A DNA stretch of 64,000 bases. Source: Syntrophales bacterium. Lineage in GTDB: Bacteria > Desulfobacterota > Syntrophia > Syntrophales > UBA2210. The translations under genes were made by a program, and so were the position numbers. The notes under the pieces were generated by a model. The model was not told where the DNA came from. It did no database searches and worked only from the letters and a program-made list of their open reading frames with translations. Positions within the stretch are counted from its first letter, which is position 1. Each line of letters starts with the position of its first letter. The stretch covers positions 2,656,001 through 2,720,000 of the forward strand of contig CAXXKT010000001.1 of the NCBI GenBank assembly GCA_963662405.2. The letters are read 5' to 3'. Positions 45,380 to 56,645 of this stretch are shown here, piece after piece.

Positions 45380-46882
45380 TTATTGCTTGATATATTTGGC
45401 CGCGTTTTCACCGGCAATGCGTCCGGAATTGACGGCAAAGCCCAACGTACTTCCCGACAGAACCACGTCATAGCTGTCGCCATACATGCCGCCTGCGTCA
45501 TTGCCGACCGCATACAGGCCGGGAATTGCTTCCTGTGACTTGTTCAGGACCTCGGTCTTATGGTTGATCTTGATGCCGCCCAAAGTGCCCAAGGCGAAGG
45601 GTACGGCTTTGAATGCATAGAACTTCGATTCCCGGACCGCCCGGATGTACTTCGGATCTTTTGCAAAGAGCGTGTCCTGGCGCTGATCGGCCATTTGGTT
45701 ATACTCGTCGATCGTGGCCTGGAGTCGCACCGGATCGACCCCAATCTTTTCAGCCAGTTCTTTGATGGACGATGCGACAAAAACGAAGCCTCTTTCAACG
45801 CCCCGCTTGATATCGCTTTCGAGGCGGGTCAGTTTGGTGGCCACGGGGACCATAACGCCGACACCCACGTCGATGCCTTGTTCCATCATGTACTTTTTCG
45901 TGTTTTCATCAATAATAACGTACATAACGCGTCCCGGTTGATTGGCCAGTGCGTTCCCCGCATAGGGCCAGGAGAAGATAATGCTTTCGTCGCAGAAGCG
46001 GTCACCCAGCTTGTTGACCCAGAGATAGGGCTGCCGCGCCGGGGCGTTGAGATGAGATTCCGGACCTTCTCCCGGAATGCCGGGACGGTACAATTGAAGC
46101 ACGTCGGTACCAAAGGCGTCGGCACCCGCCGCCCAGGCCATCTGAATACCTTCTCCCATTTTTTTGGCATTTCCCACCGGGATGATATCCCGGCCAAAGG
46201 TCGTGTATTTGTCCAGCATTTCTTTGTTGTTGATATATCCGCCCGTTCCGATGACAACGGCTTTGGTATTGATCTGGACTTTCTTGCCGCCCGTGCCTTC
46301 GGCAATAATACCGGTAATACGCCCGGTTTCGTCCTGAATCAGCTTTTTACCCGCCGTTCTGAGCATAACAGTCACGCCTTTTTCCTTGGCACTGTCGTAC
46401 AGCGCCTGTGCCAGGGCCTTGCCGCGTCCGTCTACGATATGCCAGGTCATGAGTCCCCCGGGATAATTGGCGGCCGGCTCTTTGAACGTGACGCCTTGTT
46501 TTTCAAGCCAGTCGATGGTGTCCGCCGATTTGTCGATAAATGCTCGGGCCAGCCGCGCGTTTGCACGCCAGTGGGTGTATTCCATCAGGTACTTGAACGC
46601 TTCATCGCGGCTGTAATTGATGTTTTTCTTCCGCTGCAAACTGCTTTCCACCGCAAAAACCCCCTCGGCAAAATTGGTGGTCCCCCCGACGGCAGGCATT
46701 TTTTCAAGGACGACGACCTTTGCGCCGCCCTCAGCGGCGGCAACGGCCGCGGATAGCCCCGAAGCCCCCGCGCCAACGACGACCATGTCGGTCTCGATGG
46801 CCTGTGCCGAGGCCATGCCGACGGTCATGATGACCAGGCACAGGACGGCAATACCTGTGATGATTCCTCTTGTTCCTTTCAT
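45380..46882 (-). CDS. Exported FAD-dependent oxidoreductase (flavocytochrome c/fumarate reductase flavoprotein family)
   Basis: Signal peptide; VVVGAGASG, LEK, GTLGGIKIN, PGLYAVG, SGRIAG. Confidence 0.88.
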   Translation of the reverse strand: MKGTRGIITGIAVLCLVIMTVGMASAQAIETDMVVVGAGASGLSAAVAAAEGGAKVVVLEKMPAVGGTTNFAEGVFAVESSLQRKKNINYSRDEAFKYLMEYTHWRANARLARAFIDKSADTIDWLEKQGVTFKEPAANYPGGLMTWHIVDGRGKALAQALYDSAKEKGVTVMLRTAGKKLIQDETGRITGIIAEGTGGKKVQINTKAVVIGTGGYINNKEMLDKYTTFGRDIIPVGNAKKMGEGIQMAWAAGADAFGTDVLQLYRPGIPGEGPESHLNAPARQPYLWVNKLGDRFCDESIIFSWPYAGNALANQPGRVMYVIIDENTKKYMMEQGIDVGVGVMVPVATKLTRLESDIKRGVERGFVFVASSIKELAEKIGVDPVRLQATIDEYNQMADQRQDTLFAKDPKYIRAVRESKFYAFKAVPFALGTLGGIKINHKTEVLNKSQEAIPGLYAVGNDAGGMYGDSYDVVLSGSTLGFAVNSGRIAGENAAKYIKQ

Positions 46883-46947
46883 CCCTTTCCTCCTTCCTGG
46901 TGTTTTGCGACATGCGCATATAAGTTGTGAAACTACCTACTCCCCTA

Positions 46948-46963
46948 TGCGACGGATATGCCA
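46948..46963 (-). promoter_or_regulatory. sigma54 promoter of the flavoprotein-MFS operon
   Basis: TGGCAT-ATCCG-TCGCA (GG-N10-GC); divergent activator gene adjacent. Confidence 0.65.
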
Positions 46964-47096
46964 TCTATAACCCATTATTATTAGAGGATTGTTCCGAAAG
47001 AGATTGTGCTTGAGTGGTATATATGACAGAATAAGATACCATATTCGGTATATTCTTTGCCGTCTGTCAAATAAGATACATTAAGGAACCATACCT

Positions 47097-48689
47097 ATGA
47101 AACGCAATTCTATCAGGGATCTGGAGTTCTTTCAACAGGCGACACTGCGGATCTGCGGCAGCCTTGAGATCGAGATTGTACTGGAGCGTTGCCTGGAGTA
47201 CTTGAAGCAGTACATGCCGTTGGACGGCATCTTTATGAGTTTTATCGACCCGGGCAGCACCGCGATACGGATATCCGGTCTCGTGTCGGATATTCCTTTG
47301 GACCGCCCGAAATCTCCGATTCCCCTCACGCCGGAGGCCCTACAGCGGGCCCTGAACATTAAGGAACGGGTAACCATATATCGGTCTCCTCTGGAGAGTC
47401 CCGTTACCAAGTGTATATGGAGCACATTAGGTACGGTGGATGTGTCCTGCATGGTGATCCATCTGAGGTTTCATGAACAGCCCTTGGGATACGTAGAATT
47501 GTTCGCCAAGGGCTATGACCGGTTTACTGCTGAACATGGCCGTATCTTTGCCCTCATCCATGATCCTTTGACGATCGCCGTGGCGAACAACATTCGGTAC
47601 CGTGAGACCCTCCATTTGAAAGACCTGTTGGCCGACGATAACCGTTCTCTTCGAGAAGAACTGCATAGAGTTTCATCAACCGAGATCATCGGAGTCAGGG
47701 GTGGCCTGCAGAATGTCATGGAGTCGGTATCGCAGGTAGCACCCCTTACCAGTCAGGTTCTCCTCCTGGGGGAAACGGGGGTCGGCAAGGAGATCATTGC
47801 CAATGCCATTCATTATGCCTCGCCACGCAGGGATGGTCCATTCGTGAAGATCAACTGCGGGGCTATCCCCGATGGACTGATTGATAGTGAGCTGTTCGGT
47901 CACGAGAAGGGGGCATTTACCGGTGCCCTGTCCCGCAAGTATGGGCGGTTCGAACGGGCACATCGGGGAACGATCTTTCTCGACGAGGTGGGAGACCTTC
48001 CGCCGCATGCACAGGTGAGACTGTTGCGCGTTCTCCAAGAGAAGGAGATCGAGCGTGTCGGGGGCACAAACCCCGTGAAAGTCGATGTACGGGTTATTGC
48101 GGCAACAAACAGGAACCTGGAGGCACTTGTGCACGAAGGGCAGTTCAGGGAAGATCTCTGGTTCCGGCTCAATGTTTTCCCGATCCTCATTCCTCCCCTG
48201 CGGGAGCGGAAATCCGATATCCCGGACCTGATCCATCACCTTATCATGAAGAAATCGAGGGAACTGAACCTCGGCGCGAACCCGGTCCTTTCCCCGGGGG
48301 CCATGGAGCGACTGATGGCCTATGAATGGCCGGGCAATGTGAGAGAGATGGAAAATATCGTCGAACGGTCTCTGATCAGAATGCGTACCGGAGATCCGAC
48401 AAGGCCGATTGAATTTACTGAAATATTGGTTGATTGGTCACCCTCGGTGCGAGAACGGACCCCGAGCATATCTGACGACTCAACCCGTTCACTTGATGCT
48501 GCCGTGCGTCACCATATCCGAGACGCCCTCGACAGGGCAGGGGGGAGGGTGCAGGGGCCGAACGGTGCGGCAGCACTCCTCGGGATCAATCCGAGCACCT
48601 TAAGACACCGGATGCGCAAATTGGGTATACCATTTGGAAGAAAAACCCTTTCTCACGAGGGAAAGAGGCATGAAAAAATGAACCGGTGA
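47097..48689 (+). CDS. sigma54-dependent activator with GAF domain (FhlA-like)
   Basis: GETGVGKE, GAFTGA, FLDEVG, WPGNVRE, HTH. Confidence 0.93.
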   Translation: MKRNSIRDLEFFQQATLRICGSLEIEIVLERCLEYLKQYMPLDGIFMSFIDPGSTAIRISGLVSDIPLDRPKSPIPLTPEALQRALNIKERVTIYRSPLESPVTKCIWSTLGTVDVSCMVIHLRFHEQPLGYVELFAKGYDRFTAEHGRIFALIHDPLTIAVANNIRYRETLHLKDLLADDNRSLREELHRVSSTEIIGVRGGLQNVMESVSQVAPLTSQVLLLGETGVGKEIIANAIHYASPRRDGPFVKINCGAIPDGLIDSELFGHEKGAFTGALSRKYGRFERAHRGTIFLDEVGDLPPHAQVRLLRVLQEKEIERVGGTNPVKVDVRVIAATNRNLEALVHEGQFREDLWFRLNVFPILIPPLRERKSDIPDLIHHLIMKKSRELNLGANPVLSPGAMERLMAYEWPGNVREMENIVERSLIRMRTGDPTRPIEFTEILVDWSPSVRERTPSISDDSTRSLDAAVRHHIRDALDRAGGRVQGPNGAAALLGINPSTLRHRMRKLGIPFGRKTLSHEGKRHEKMNR

Positions 48690-49303
48690 GACCCGTACGA
48701 TGCCTCCTTGTCGGCTATGATTAGTCGCCACGAAACACAGTACGCCCTTGCCTTGCCGATGGCGTCCACGATCCGTGGGAACACCCTCGCAGACGGCCCC
48801 GCCGGCTATATACATTTCCCAGAAAACATGACGAACCTCTTCGAGTGACGGTACATTCAGCCTGACAAGCCCCGTTCCTTTTTTGCCTCAGTTTCGATCC
48901 CGGTCCCCTCAAGATAATGAAGACGCCGATTTCTCGATTGAGAGAGGGCCTCTCCCCCGCTGGTAGGCACGAACTCTTTTAAAACCGGAAAGCCCTGCGT
49001 ACTCTGAAAATTCGTGGATTCAGACTCAGTCGGCACCAGGTGCTCCGCATGATTGACTCGGTGGATCGATGGTGCGGCGGGTTCCGGCACATGCATGTTC
49101 CCGTTTCATTTCGCCCAGAGCCAGCGGATCTTTCTTTAACCGGTGTCCCTTTTGCTCGTCGAACTTGAAATCTTCCGATGGTATAATTCCCGCCATCGTT
49201 CCCCGTATCACATCCGCCGTGGCGCAGACGTCCAGCGGTTTGAGAGTTCCTTTTCGATGCCGTAATGCGGCATGCGGCGGGTACTGTGGGGTTGAAGGAT
49301 TTC

Positions 49304-49840
49304 CTATTCGTTCAATCTCCGCTTGATAATCTCCTTTGTCATTACCCTTTTCAGTATACCCTTCAGTTCCTTGTCCTCGATCTGAGAGAGGTTCTCTCTG
49401 ATGATCCGCCGGTCCCGTTCCTTGAGGAGTTCCTCGCTGAATTCTGCGGACTGGGTAGATGGAAGGTGCGGTTTCGGCGGGATGTCGCCGATCGAGAAGT
49501 GGATATTGTGTATTTCATCTTTGCCCCACTCGGCGTTGACCTTGTCCATGATCTCCCTTTTGAGAAACCGGAGTTGCTGCATCCACGCCGGGGTCGATAC
49601 ACGTACAGAGAGGGTGTGGTTCTTGAATCTTACGGGGGCCGTCTGAGCCGATATCTGTGGGCCCACCGCCTTGTGCCAGACATCCGTGGCGCGGCAGTCC
49701 AGGGCGTCCAGGTGTATCTTTCTCCTCTCGAGGACCTTCGGCAGAAAATCCCCCAACTTCAGGAGATTCTTCCGGCGTTTTCTGGATCGTCGTCGCTGGT
49801 ACATGGAGCTCTTTTTCGCACAGTTATACCGTCCAGTCAA
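49304..49840 (-). CDS. DUF721/DciA-family protein
   Basis: WHKAVGPQIS.QT.P......L.V.V..PAWMQQL; start uncertain. Confidence 0.78.
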   Translation of the reverse strand: MTGRYNCAKKSSMYQRRRSRKRRKNLLKLGDFLPKVLERRKIHLDALDCRATDVWHKAVGPQISAQTAPVRFKNHTLSVRVSTPAWMQQLRFLKREIMDKVNAEWGKDEIHNIHFSIGDIPPKPHLPSTQSAEFSEELLKERDRRIIRENLSQIEDKELKGILKRVMTKEIIKRRLNE

Positions 49841-49887
49841 GACGGGGATATTATGATAATTGATTCCGTGATTTCTCTGTGTTATGA

Positions 49888-50274
<387 letters not shown>

Positions 50275-50307
50275 AAAGACGAACCCGAAGGACAAAAGGG
50301 TGAGCCG

Positions 50308-51630
50308 ATGAAAAATCCCCGTTCGGATATCAGGGCGATCTTCGATGCGGGACTCGCAGCCGCGGATCCCGGCGAGGCGATCAGGCGCGCCGTCAGACGT
50401 GAAGGAGAACGACTGGAAATCCACGGCGGGACATACGAACTGGACGCCTTTGACCGGATCCTGGTGGTCGGTACCGGCAAGGCCGCCGCGAGCATGGCCG
50501 CCGCGCTTGAACATATGCTGGGGGAGCGCATAACCAGGGGTACCATCACCACGAAGTATGGATATGGATCACCCCTGAGGATCGTCTCCATTGCCGAGGC
50601 GGGACATCCGATTCCTGACGAGGCGGGGGTCCGTGGGTGCCGACGCATCCTCGATCTCCTGCACACTGCCGGCGAGCGGGATCTCGTCCTGTGTCTGATA
50701 TCGGGCGGAGGGTCTGCGCTCATGCCGTTCCCTGCCGATGGTATTTCTCTCCAGGACAAGCAGGAGACGACGCAGGCCCTCCTGGACTGCGGGGCCGATA
50801 TCCATGAGATCAACACCATCCGGAAACATATCTCGGGGATCAAGGGGGGGCAGCTGGCACGGGCCGCCTTCCCGGCGACCCTCGTGACGCTTGTCCTGTC
50901 CGACGTGATCGGCGATGACCTCGACGTGATCGCCTCCGGTCCCACGGTTCCCGACCGGAGCACCTTTGCCGACTGCATCGGGATCGCGGATCGGTACGGG
51001 CTTGCCGACACGCTCCCCCTATCAGTGATCACCTATCTGAGAGATGGGGCAGCGGGGAGACATCCCGAAACGCCCAAGCCTTCCGATCCGGTCTTTGAGA
51101 GGACCGGTGCATTCGTTATCGGCAGCGCTTCCCTGTCACTCGATGCGGCACACGAGAAGGCCCGTGCCCTGGGATACAGCGCGGTCATTCTCTCCTCGTC
51201 GATTGAGGGAGAGACGAGAGACGCCGCCCTGTTTCACGTTGCCGTTGCCCGGGAGATACGGAAATCAGGGAACCCGGTACCGGTGCCGGGGTGTATCATC
51301 TCGGGGGGAGAGACGACGGTCACCATCCGCGGTGACGGTCTCGGGGGACGGAATATGGAATTTGTCCTGGCCGCCGGCATTGCATTGGATGGACTCAATG
51401 GTATCACCGTCTTGAGTGGCGGGACGGATGGAACGGATGGTCCCACCGACGCGGCGGGGGCCGTCGCGGACGATTCAACGGTGCAAAGGGCTCGAGAAGA
51501 GGGGGCTGACGCCGAGCACTACCTCGAAAGCAACGACTCTTATCACTTCTTCGACAAGATCGGGGATCTCCTGAAAACCGGCCCCACCATGACGAACGTC
51601 ATGGATCTGCGGATCTTCCTGGTCACATAG
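50308..51630 (+). CDS. Glycerate kinase type 2 / hydroxypyruvate reductase (TtuD/MOFRL)
   Basis: GTGKAA, ISGGGSAL, IASGPT, GGETTV, GGRN, TDGTDG, TMTNVMD. Confidence 0.93.
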   Translation: MKNPRSDIRAIFDAGLAAADPGEAIRRAVRREGERLEIHGGTYELDAFDRILVVGTGKAAASMAAALEHMLGERITRGTITTKYGYGSPLRIVSIAEAGHPIPDEAGVRGCRRILDLLHTAGERDLVLCLISGGGSALMPFPADGISLQDKQETTQALLDCGADIHEINTIRKHISGIKGGQLARAAFPATLVTLVLSDVIGDDLDVIASGPTVPDRSTFADCIGIADRYGLADTLPLSVITYLRDGAAGRHPETPKPSDPVFERTGAFVIGSASLSLDAAHEKARALGYSAVILSSSIEGETRDAALFHVAVAREIRKSGNPVPVPGCIISGGETTVTIRGDGLGGRNMEFVLAAGIALDGLNGITVLSGGTDGTDGPTDAAGAVADDSTVQRAREEGADAEHYLESNDSYHFFDKIGDLLKTGPTMTNVMDLRIFLVT

Positions 51631-51805
51631 CCGGGCAGGGAAATCTCGACCGTGAGTTTCTGGTAAGAGGGTGCTGTCCTCCTGATAAGAACCTGTGCGG
51701 ATTTGATTGGTCTTGAGCATTCTTATTTAGTACATCTCCAACTGCTCAAAATCGTTTCAGGAGAAAATCGATGATTGCTGATTGGAAGTTTCTCGACAAA
51801 ATATC

Positions 51806-51955
51806 TTGACAATACATGATCATAGAGTTAGCTATATGGCAATTTTGATCTTTACGATTTTTCTGTTTGTGAATGACGTTAACCGTGGGGTGATTATGGT
51901 ATTCTTATCTTGAAGCCTTGTTTTTCGAATAGAGAAAAAGGCTTTTTGTTTTTTG
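51806..51955 (+). promoter_or_regulatory. Promoter-leader-terminator element, copy 3
   Basis: TTGACAATAC...CATAGAGTTA (shared with copy 2)...GATTATGG...AAGCCTTGTTTTTC/GAGAAAAAGGCTT + T tract. Confidence 0.7.
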
Positions 51956-52014
51956 TGAGAGGGGTAATCAAGGGAATCCATCCATAATCTGCAATCGAAT
52001 ACAGAGGAAAAACG

Positions 52015-53094
52015 ATGAAGAATAAACGAACAATATGGCTTTTTATCCTGATACTGCTTCTGTTGACAGGATGTGGAATATCCTTTGCCGGTCAGTTCCC
52101 CGATACCGGGCAGACCACCTGTTATGATGCCGCGGGGAATGTGATTCCCTGTCCCCAGCCGGGCGAGGCTTTCTACGGCCAGGATGCTCAGTGTGCGGGG
52201 CCCGCCCGGTCGTACATAAAGCTGGGGGAAAACGGCGTTCAGCTGCCCGATACCGCCACCCAGGCCGGCGGCTGGATTATGATCAAGGACAACGTCACCG
52301 GCCTTGTCTGGGAGATCAAAACCGACGATGAGTCCATTCGCGACAGGGATAACACATATAATTGGTACGACTCAAGTAATGTTTTTATTGTCACATTGAA
52401 CGCACAGAACTTTGGGGGCTATTCCGACTGGCGGATGCCGACTGTGAAGGAGTTATCCTCACTGGTCAACAGCGGCACATATGATCCGGCCATAGACACC
52501 GCGTGGTTTCCCCACACGAGATGGTCTCGCTATTGGTCGTCTACTCCCGACGCCGGCAATGTGAGCAAAGCGTGGCGGGTGGAGTTCGGCAGCGGCTACG
52601 TCTACTCCCTCGGCGATAAGTATGATTGTTATTCTGTGCGCGCCGTTCGCGGAGAGTCGTCGAGCTCTTCCGGCTGTCTCGTAGACAACGAGGACGGAAC
52701 AGTAACCGACACGGAAACCGGACTGATGTGGCAGAAAGCGACGGCGCCCGGCGAATACACCTGGCAAGAGGCGTTGGCATATGCCGCAGGACTCACACTG
52801 GGGGGATATTCCGACTGGCGGCTGCCGAACCGCAATGAACAGCAGACCCTGATAGACTATTCCCGATACGATCCGGCCATCGATCCATTACTGCAGGAGG
52901 ACACGGAGACCAACTATTGGTTGTCTACTACCGACGCCTATTCTACGGACGACGCGTGGTGCGTGTACTTCTCCACCGGCTCCGTCGCCAGCTACGATAA
53001 GTCGAATAGTAGTTGTGTGCGCGCCGTTCGTGATTGGAATCCGTCAAAGGCCATGCCCTGGATACCGCTGCTGTTGCTTAAAAATCCAGAATAA
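52015..53094 (+). CDS. Exported protein with two DUF1566/Lcl (CLec-fold) domains
   Basis: PDTGQT.CYD; D..TGL.W, GGYSDWR.P, YWSST, AW.V.F, VRAVR twice; C-terminus AMPWIPLLLL. Confidence 0.88.
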   Translation: MKNKRTIWLFILILLLLTGCGISFAGQFPDTGQTTCYDAAGNVIPCPQPGEAFYGQDAQCAGPARSYIKLGENGVQLPDTATQAGGWIMIKDNVTGLVWEIKTDDESIRDRDNTYNWYDSSNVFIVTLNAQNFGGYSDWRMPTVKELSSLVNSGTYDPAIDTAWFPHTRWSRYWSSTPDAGNVSKAWRVEFGSGYVYSLGDKYDCYSVRAVRGESSSSSGCLVDNEDGTVTDTETGLMWQKATAPGEYTWQEALAYAAGLTLGGYSDWRLPNRNEQQTLIDYSRYDPAIDPLLQEDTETNYWLSTTDAYSTDDAWCVYFSTGSVASYDKSNSSCVRAVRDWNPSKAMPWIPLLLLKNPE

Positions 53095-53243
53095 TGATCA
53101 CTTCAGTTGGGTCGTGGTAATTGATAATATATTCTTGGTCCTTTTTGATGATTGCCGTATGTAATATAATATTACGATTGTAATACCTGAAAACGACACT
53201 TCGGGAAGAAAGGTGTCAGCATTCAACCAACAACCCTGTCTCC

Positions 53244-54590
53244 CTATCCCATAACCTCCTTCAGAACATCTTCGACCAGTGTCCGTATAGTGTTGAGCCT
53301 CTCTTCCGTCTTTGCCTCGAAGCGCAGGACCAGGACGGGCTGGGTGTTGGAGGCACGGACGAGTCCCCAGCCATCATCGAACCGGACGCGCACGCCGTCA
53401 ATGTCGATCACGTCATACTCAGCCGCAAACCGCTCCTTGACCCGCTCGACGACATCAAACTTGATGTCGTCGGGGCAGTCGATTCGTATCTCGGGGGTAC
53501 TGAAGGTCCGGGGGACATCCGCGAGGAGTTCGCTGGGTGTCAGGTTCGTCAGAGAGAGGATCTCGAGGAGGCGCGCCGATGCGTATATGGCGTCGTCATA
53601 GCCGAAATAGCGATCCGCGAAGAAGATATGCCCGCTCATCTCCCCCGCCAGCAGGGCTAGTTCTTCCTTCATCTTTCCCTTGATCAGTGAATGTCCCGCC
53701 TTCCACATGATCCCTCGTCCCCCTTTTTGAGCGATGTCGTCGTAGAGCGTCTGGGAACATTTGACCTCCCCGATGATGGTGGCGCCGGGATTCTCTTGCA
53801 GGATGGCACGTGAAAAGAGGAGGAGGAGCTCATCCCCCCGGACGATCTCGCCCTTGTCCGTGACGACGCCGATCCGATCCGCGTCGCCGTCGAATGCGAT
53901 GCCGATATCCGCCATTTCCTCCCTCACCAGGTCGATGAGACCGGTGAGGTTTTCCTCGACCGTCGGATCGGGGAAATGGTTGGGGAAGCGGCCGTCCATC
54001 TCACAGTAGAGGGGCATGATGGAACAGCCGAACCGTTGCAGGAGGGGGACGGTAAAGAATCCTCCCACGCCGTTTCCTCCGTCGATAACTACCTTCAGGC
54101 CTTCGCGTATCGTGACGCCCTTGAAGAGGTGATCCTGATAGGCCTGGGCGACGTTTTCCTGATGGAACGATCCCTCGCCCGATGCGTACCGGTCTTTCTC
54201 CATGATTGTTCGCAGTTCCTGTATGTCGTCCCCGTAGATGGTGTCCGGACCGATGCAAATCTTGAATCCATTGAACTCCGGGGGGTTGTGGCTCCCCGTC
54301 ACCATGACGCCGCCGCCGGTGTCCAGGTGCCTGATGGAGTAGTAAAGCATGGGGGTGGCGCACAGGCCGATATCGATCACGTCGATCCCGGCGGCACGAA
54401 GTCCTCCCATGATTGCCCCATGATATTCTTCGGAGCTGAGCCGGCAGTCTCTCCCGACGGTCATGTCCTGAACGCCCCGTTCCTTTCCGTATGTCCCGAT
54501 GGCCCTCCCCAGGTTGTAGACAAAATCGTAATCAAGATCGGCCCCGACGAGCCCCCTGACATCATATTCCCTGAATACCTGCGGATTCAT
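53244..54590 (-). CDS. Phosphomannomutase/phosphoglucomutase
   Basis: FREYDVRG, VTGSHNP, FDGDADR, GEMSGH, RASNT. Confidence 0.95.
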   Translation of the reverse strand: MNPQVFREYDVRGLVGADLDYDFVYNLGRAIGTYGKERGVQDMTVGRDCRLSSEEYHGAIMGGLRAAGIDVIDIGLCATPMLYYSIRHLDTGGGVMVTGSHNPPEFNGFKICIGPDTIYGDDIQELRTIMEKDRYASGEGSFHQENVAQAYQDHLFKGVTIREGLKVVIDGGNGVGGFFTVPLLQRFGCSIMPLYCEMDGRFPNHFPDPTVEENLTGLIDLVREEMADIGIAFDGDADRIGVVTDKGEIVRGDELLLLFSRAILQENPGATIIGEVKCSQTLYDDIAQKGGRGIMWKAGHSLIKGKMKEELALLAGEMSGHIFFADRYFGYDDAIYASARLLEILSLTNLTPSELLADVPRTFSTPEIRIDCPDDIKFDVVERVKERFAAEYDVIDIDGVRVRFDDGWGLVRASNTQPVLVLRFEAKTEERLNTIRTLVEDVLKEVMG

Positions 54591-54736
54591 ATCTTCTCCC
54601 CCGAAACGGTGATTTGCCGACTCCTACCATATCCGCCCACTTTAGACAATATGTCTTCTCCGATATCAGTTGACACCCGCCGGATGCCATGTTAGGGTGA
54701 CAACAATTCACGAAAGAATTACCGGGAGGTAGGAAT

Positions 54737-55777
54737 ATGGCGTGGCAGGACGATGACGGAAACCCCTGGGGCAACCAGCAGCCACCCGATCTGAAAGAGG
54801 CGATCGAAAAGTTCAAGAAGTCGTTTCCCTTCAAGGTCCCATTCGGTGGAAAGTTCGGTTTGATCCCCGTGATAGTAGTAGCCTTGTTGATTTTCTGGCT
54901 TGTATCCGGGATCTATTTTGTTGCCCCTGACGAGGTTGGCGTGGTCAAGAGATTCGGTAAGGCGGTTCGCACCACGACACCGGGACCCCATTACCATGCC
55001 CCGATGCCGATAGAGACGGTCCTGAAACCGACGGTGACGCAGGTGCGGAGGATCGAGATCGGGTTCAGGACGATCGGAGACCGTCAGCTCGGCAAGCTCA
55101 GGGCAGTAACGGACGAGAGTCTGATGCTCACCAAGGCCGAGAACATAGTGAACTTGACCTTTATCGTCCAGTACAAGATCAAGGATGCGGCCGCGTATCT
55201 GTTTAACCTGAAAGATCAGGACAAGACGGTCAAGGATGCCGCGGAGGCGGCCATGCGTGAAACGGCCGGAGAAAATGAGATCGATGATATCCTGACGACC
55301 GGCAAGTTTCAGATCCAGCAGGACACGAAGGCAATCCTCCAGCAGATATTGGACGAATACAAGGCCGGGATTCATATCGTGGCCGTTCAGCTTCAGGATG
55401 TCCATCCCCCCGATGAGGTGATGGCCGCCTTCAAGGATGTGGCCAGTGCGAAGGAAGACAAGGCCAAGATGGTCAACGACGCGCATGGCTACAGCAATGA
55501 GATCCTCCCGAAGGCGAAGGGGAAGGCATCCCAGATCGTCAACGATGCCATTGCCTATAAGGAATCGAAGATCATCTCCGCAGAGGGGGATGTGAGCCGG
55601 TTTCTGCAGGTCCTGGAGCAGTACAAGACTGCACAGGAAGTGACTAAGAAGAGACTGTATATCGAAATGATGGAAGAGGTCCTGCCGGGGATAGAGAAGG
55701 TGATTGTTGCCGAAGGGATCGGTCGGAATATACTTCCCCATCTTTCACTTGATAAGAAGAATATAACCACGAAGTAG
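54737..55777 (+). CDS. hflK: FtsH protease modulator HflK
   Basis: MAW...NPWG...PPDL, SPFH domain, MLT..ENIV, RLYIE. Confidence 0.93.
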   Translation: MAWQDDDGNPWGNQQPPDLKEAIEKFKKSFPFKVPFGGKFGLIPVIVVALLIFWLVSGIYFVAPDEVGVVKRFGKAVRTTTPGPHYHAPMPIETVLKPTVTQVRRIEIGFRTIGDRQLGKLRAVTDESLMLTKAENIVNLTFIVQYKIKDAAAYLFNLKDQDKTVKDAAEAAMRETAGENEIDDILTTGKFQIQQDTKAILQQILDEYKAGIHIVAVQLQDVHPPDEVMAAFKDVASAKEDKAKMVNDAHGYSNEILPKAKGKASQIVNDAIAYKESKIISAEGDVSRFLQVLEQYKTAQEVTKKRLYIEMMEEVLPGIEKVIVAEGIGRNILPHLSLDKKNITTK

Positions 55778-55796
55778 CAGGGTGCGGAGGCTGGGA

Positions 55797-56645
55797 ATGA
55801 AGACAAAGGGAAAGCTGGGTATCGGAGCCGCTCTGATCGTGATTCTGGTCGCGTCTCTTTCGATCTTTACCGTGGATCAGACGCAGCAGGCGATCGTCAT
55901 ACAGCTCGGGAAACCGCTGAAAGGGATATATGGTCCCGGGCTCCACTTCAAGGTGCCCTTCATTCAGCAGGTTGTTCAGTTCGAACGGCGGATATTGGTG
56001 TACGACGCGACACCGACCGAAATCCTGACACGGGACAAGAAGAATCTTGTGGTGGACAACTATACGAAGTGGGCTATCGAGGATCCGCTCAGATTTTACA
56101 CGACGGTGCGAAACGAGGATGGAGCGCAATCGCGGCTGGACGATATCGTGTACGCGCAGCTTCGGGTCGAGCTTGGTAAGCATGACCTGTCGGATATTGT
56201 CTCGACGACCCGTGATATCATCATGACGAAGGTGACGAAGAAGGCCGCCGAGCGTGCCGGGGATTACGGTATCCGCGTCGTCGACGTGAGGATCAAGCGG
56301 GCGGATCTGCCGGAACAGAATGAGAAGCATGTCTTCGGCCGGATGAAGGCGGAACGGGAACGGCAGGCGAAGCAGTACCGTTCCGAGGGTGAAGAGGAGT
56401 CCAAGAAGATCACGGCGAAGGCCGATATGGAACGGACGATCATTCTGGCGAAGGCCTACAAGGAGTCGGAGCAGATGAAGGGTGAGGGGGATGCCCGGGC
56501 GGTCAAGATATATGCCGACGCGTATCAAAAGGACGTTCGGTTCTATGAGTATATCAGAAGCCTTGAGGCCTACAAGAAGGCCCTCAAGGAGGATGCAAAA
56601 CTGGTGATCGGCGCTGATTCTGAGTTTTTCAAGTTCCTGAATTGA
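55797..56645 (+). CDS. hflC: FtsH protease modulator HflC
   Basis: PGLHFKVPF, RMKAER, RSEG, RSLEAY. Confidence 0.93.
   Translation: MKTKGKLGIGAALIVILVASLSIFTVDQTQQAIVIQLGKPLKGIYGPGLHFKVPFIQQVVQFERRILVYDATPTEILTRDKKNLVVDNYTKWAIEDPLRFYTTVRNEDGAQSRLDDIVYAQLRVELGKHDLSDIVSTTRDIIMTKVTKKAAERAGDYGIRVVDVRIKRADLPEQNEKHVFGRMKAERERQAKQYRSEGEEESKKITAKADMERTIILAKAYKESEQMKGEGDARAVKIYADAYQKDVRFYEYIRSLEAYKKALKEDAKLVIGADSEFFKFLN

Noticed and set aside
48700..49300. 600-nt intergenic region as an ncRNA or pseudogene
   Set aside because: I could not recognise any motif, repeat or convincing ORF
51836..51913. Hydrophobic 20-25 aa peptide (type I toxin-like) in leader copies 2 and 3
   Set aside because: The frame is closed in copy 1, there is no RBS, and the start overlaps the predicted promoter; a T-rich sequence gives hydrophobic codons by chance
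51630..53244. Complete DGR or integron cassette at the DUF1566 locus
   Set aside because: No RT, template repeat, attI-like or attC-like site is visible around the gene
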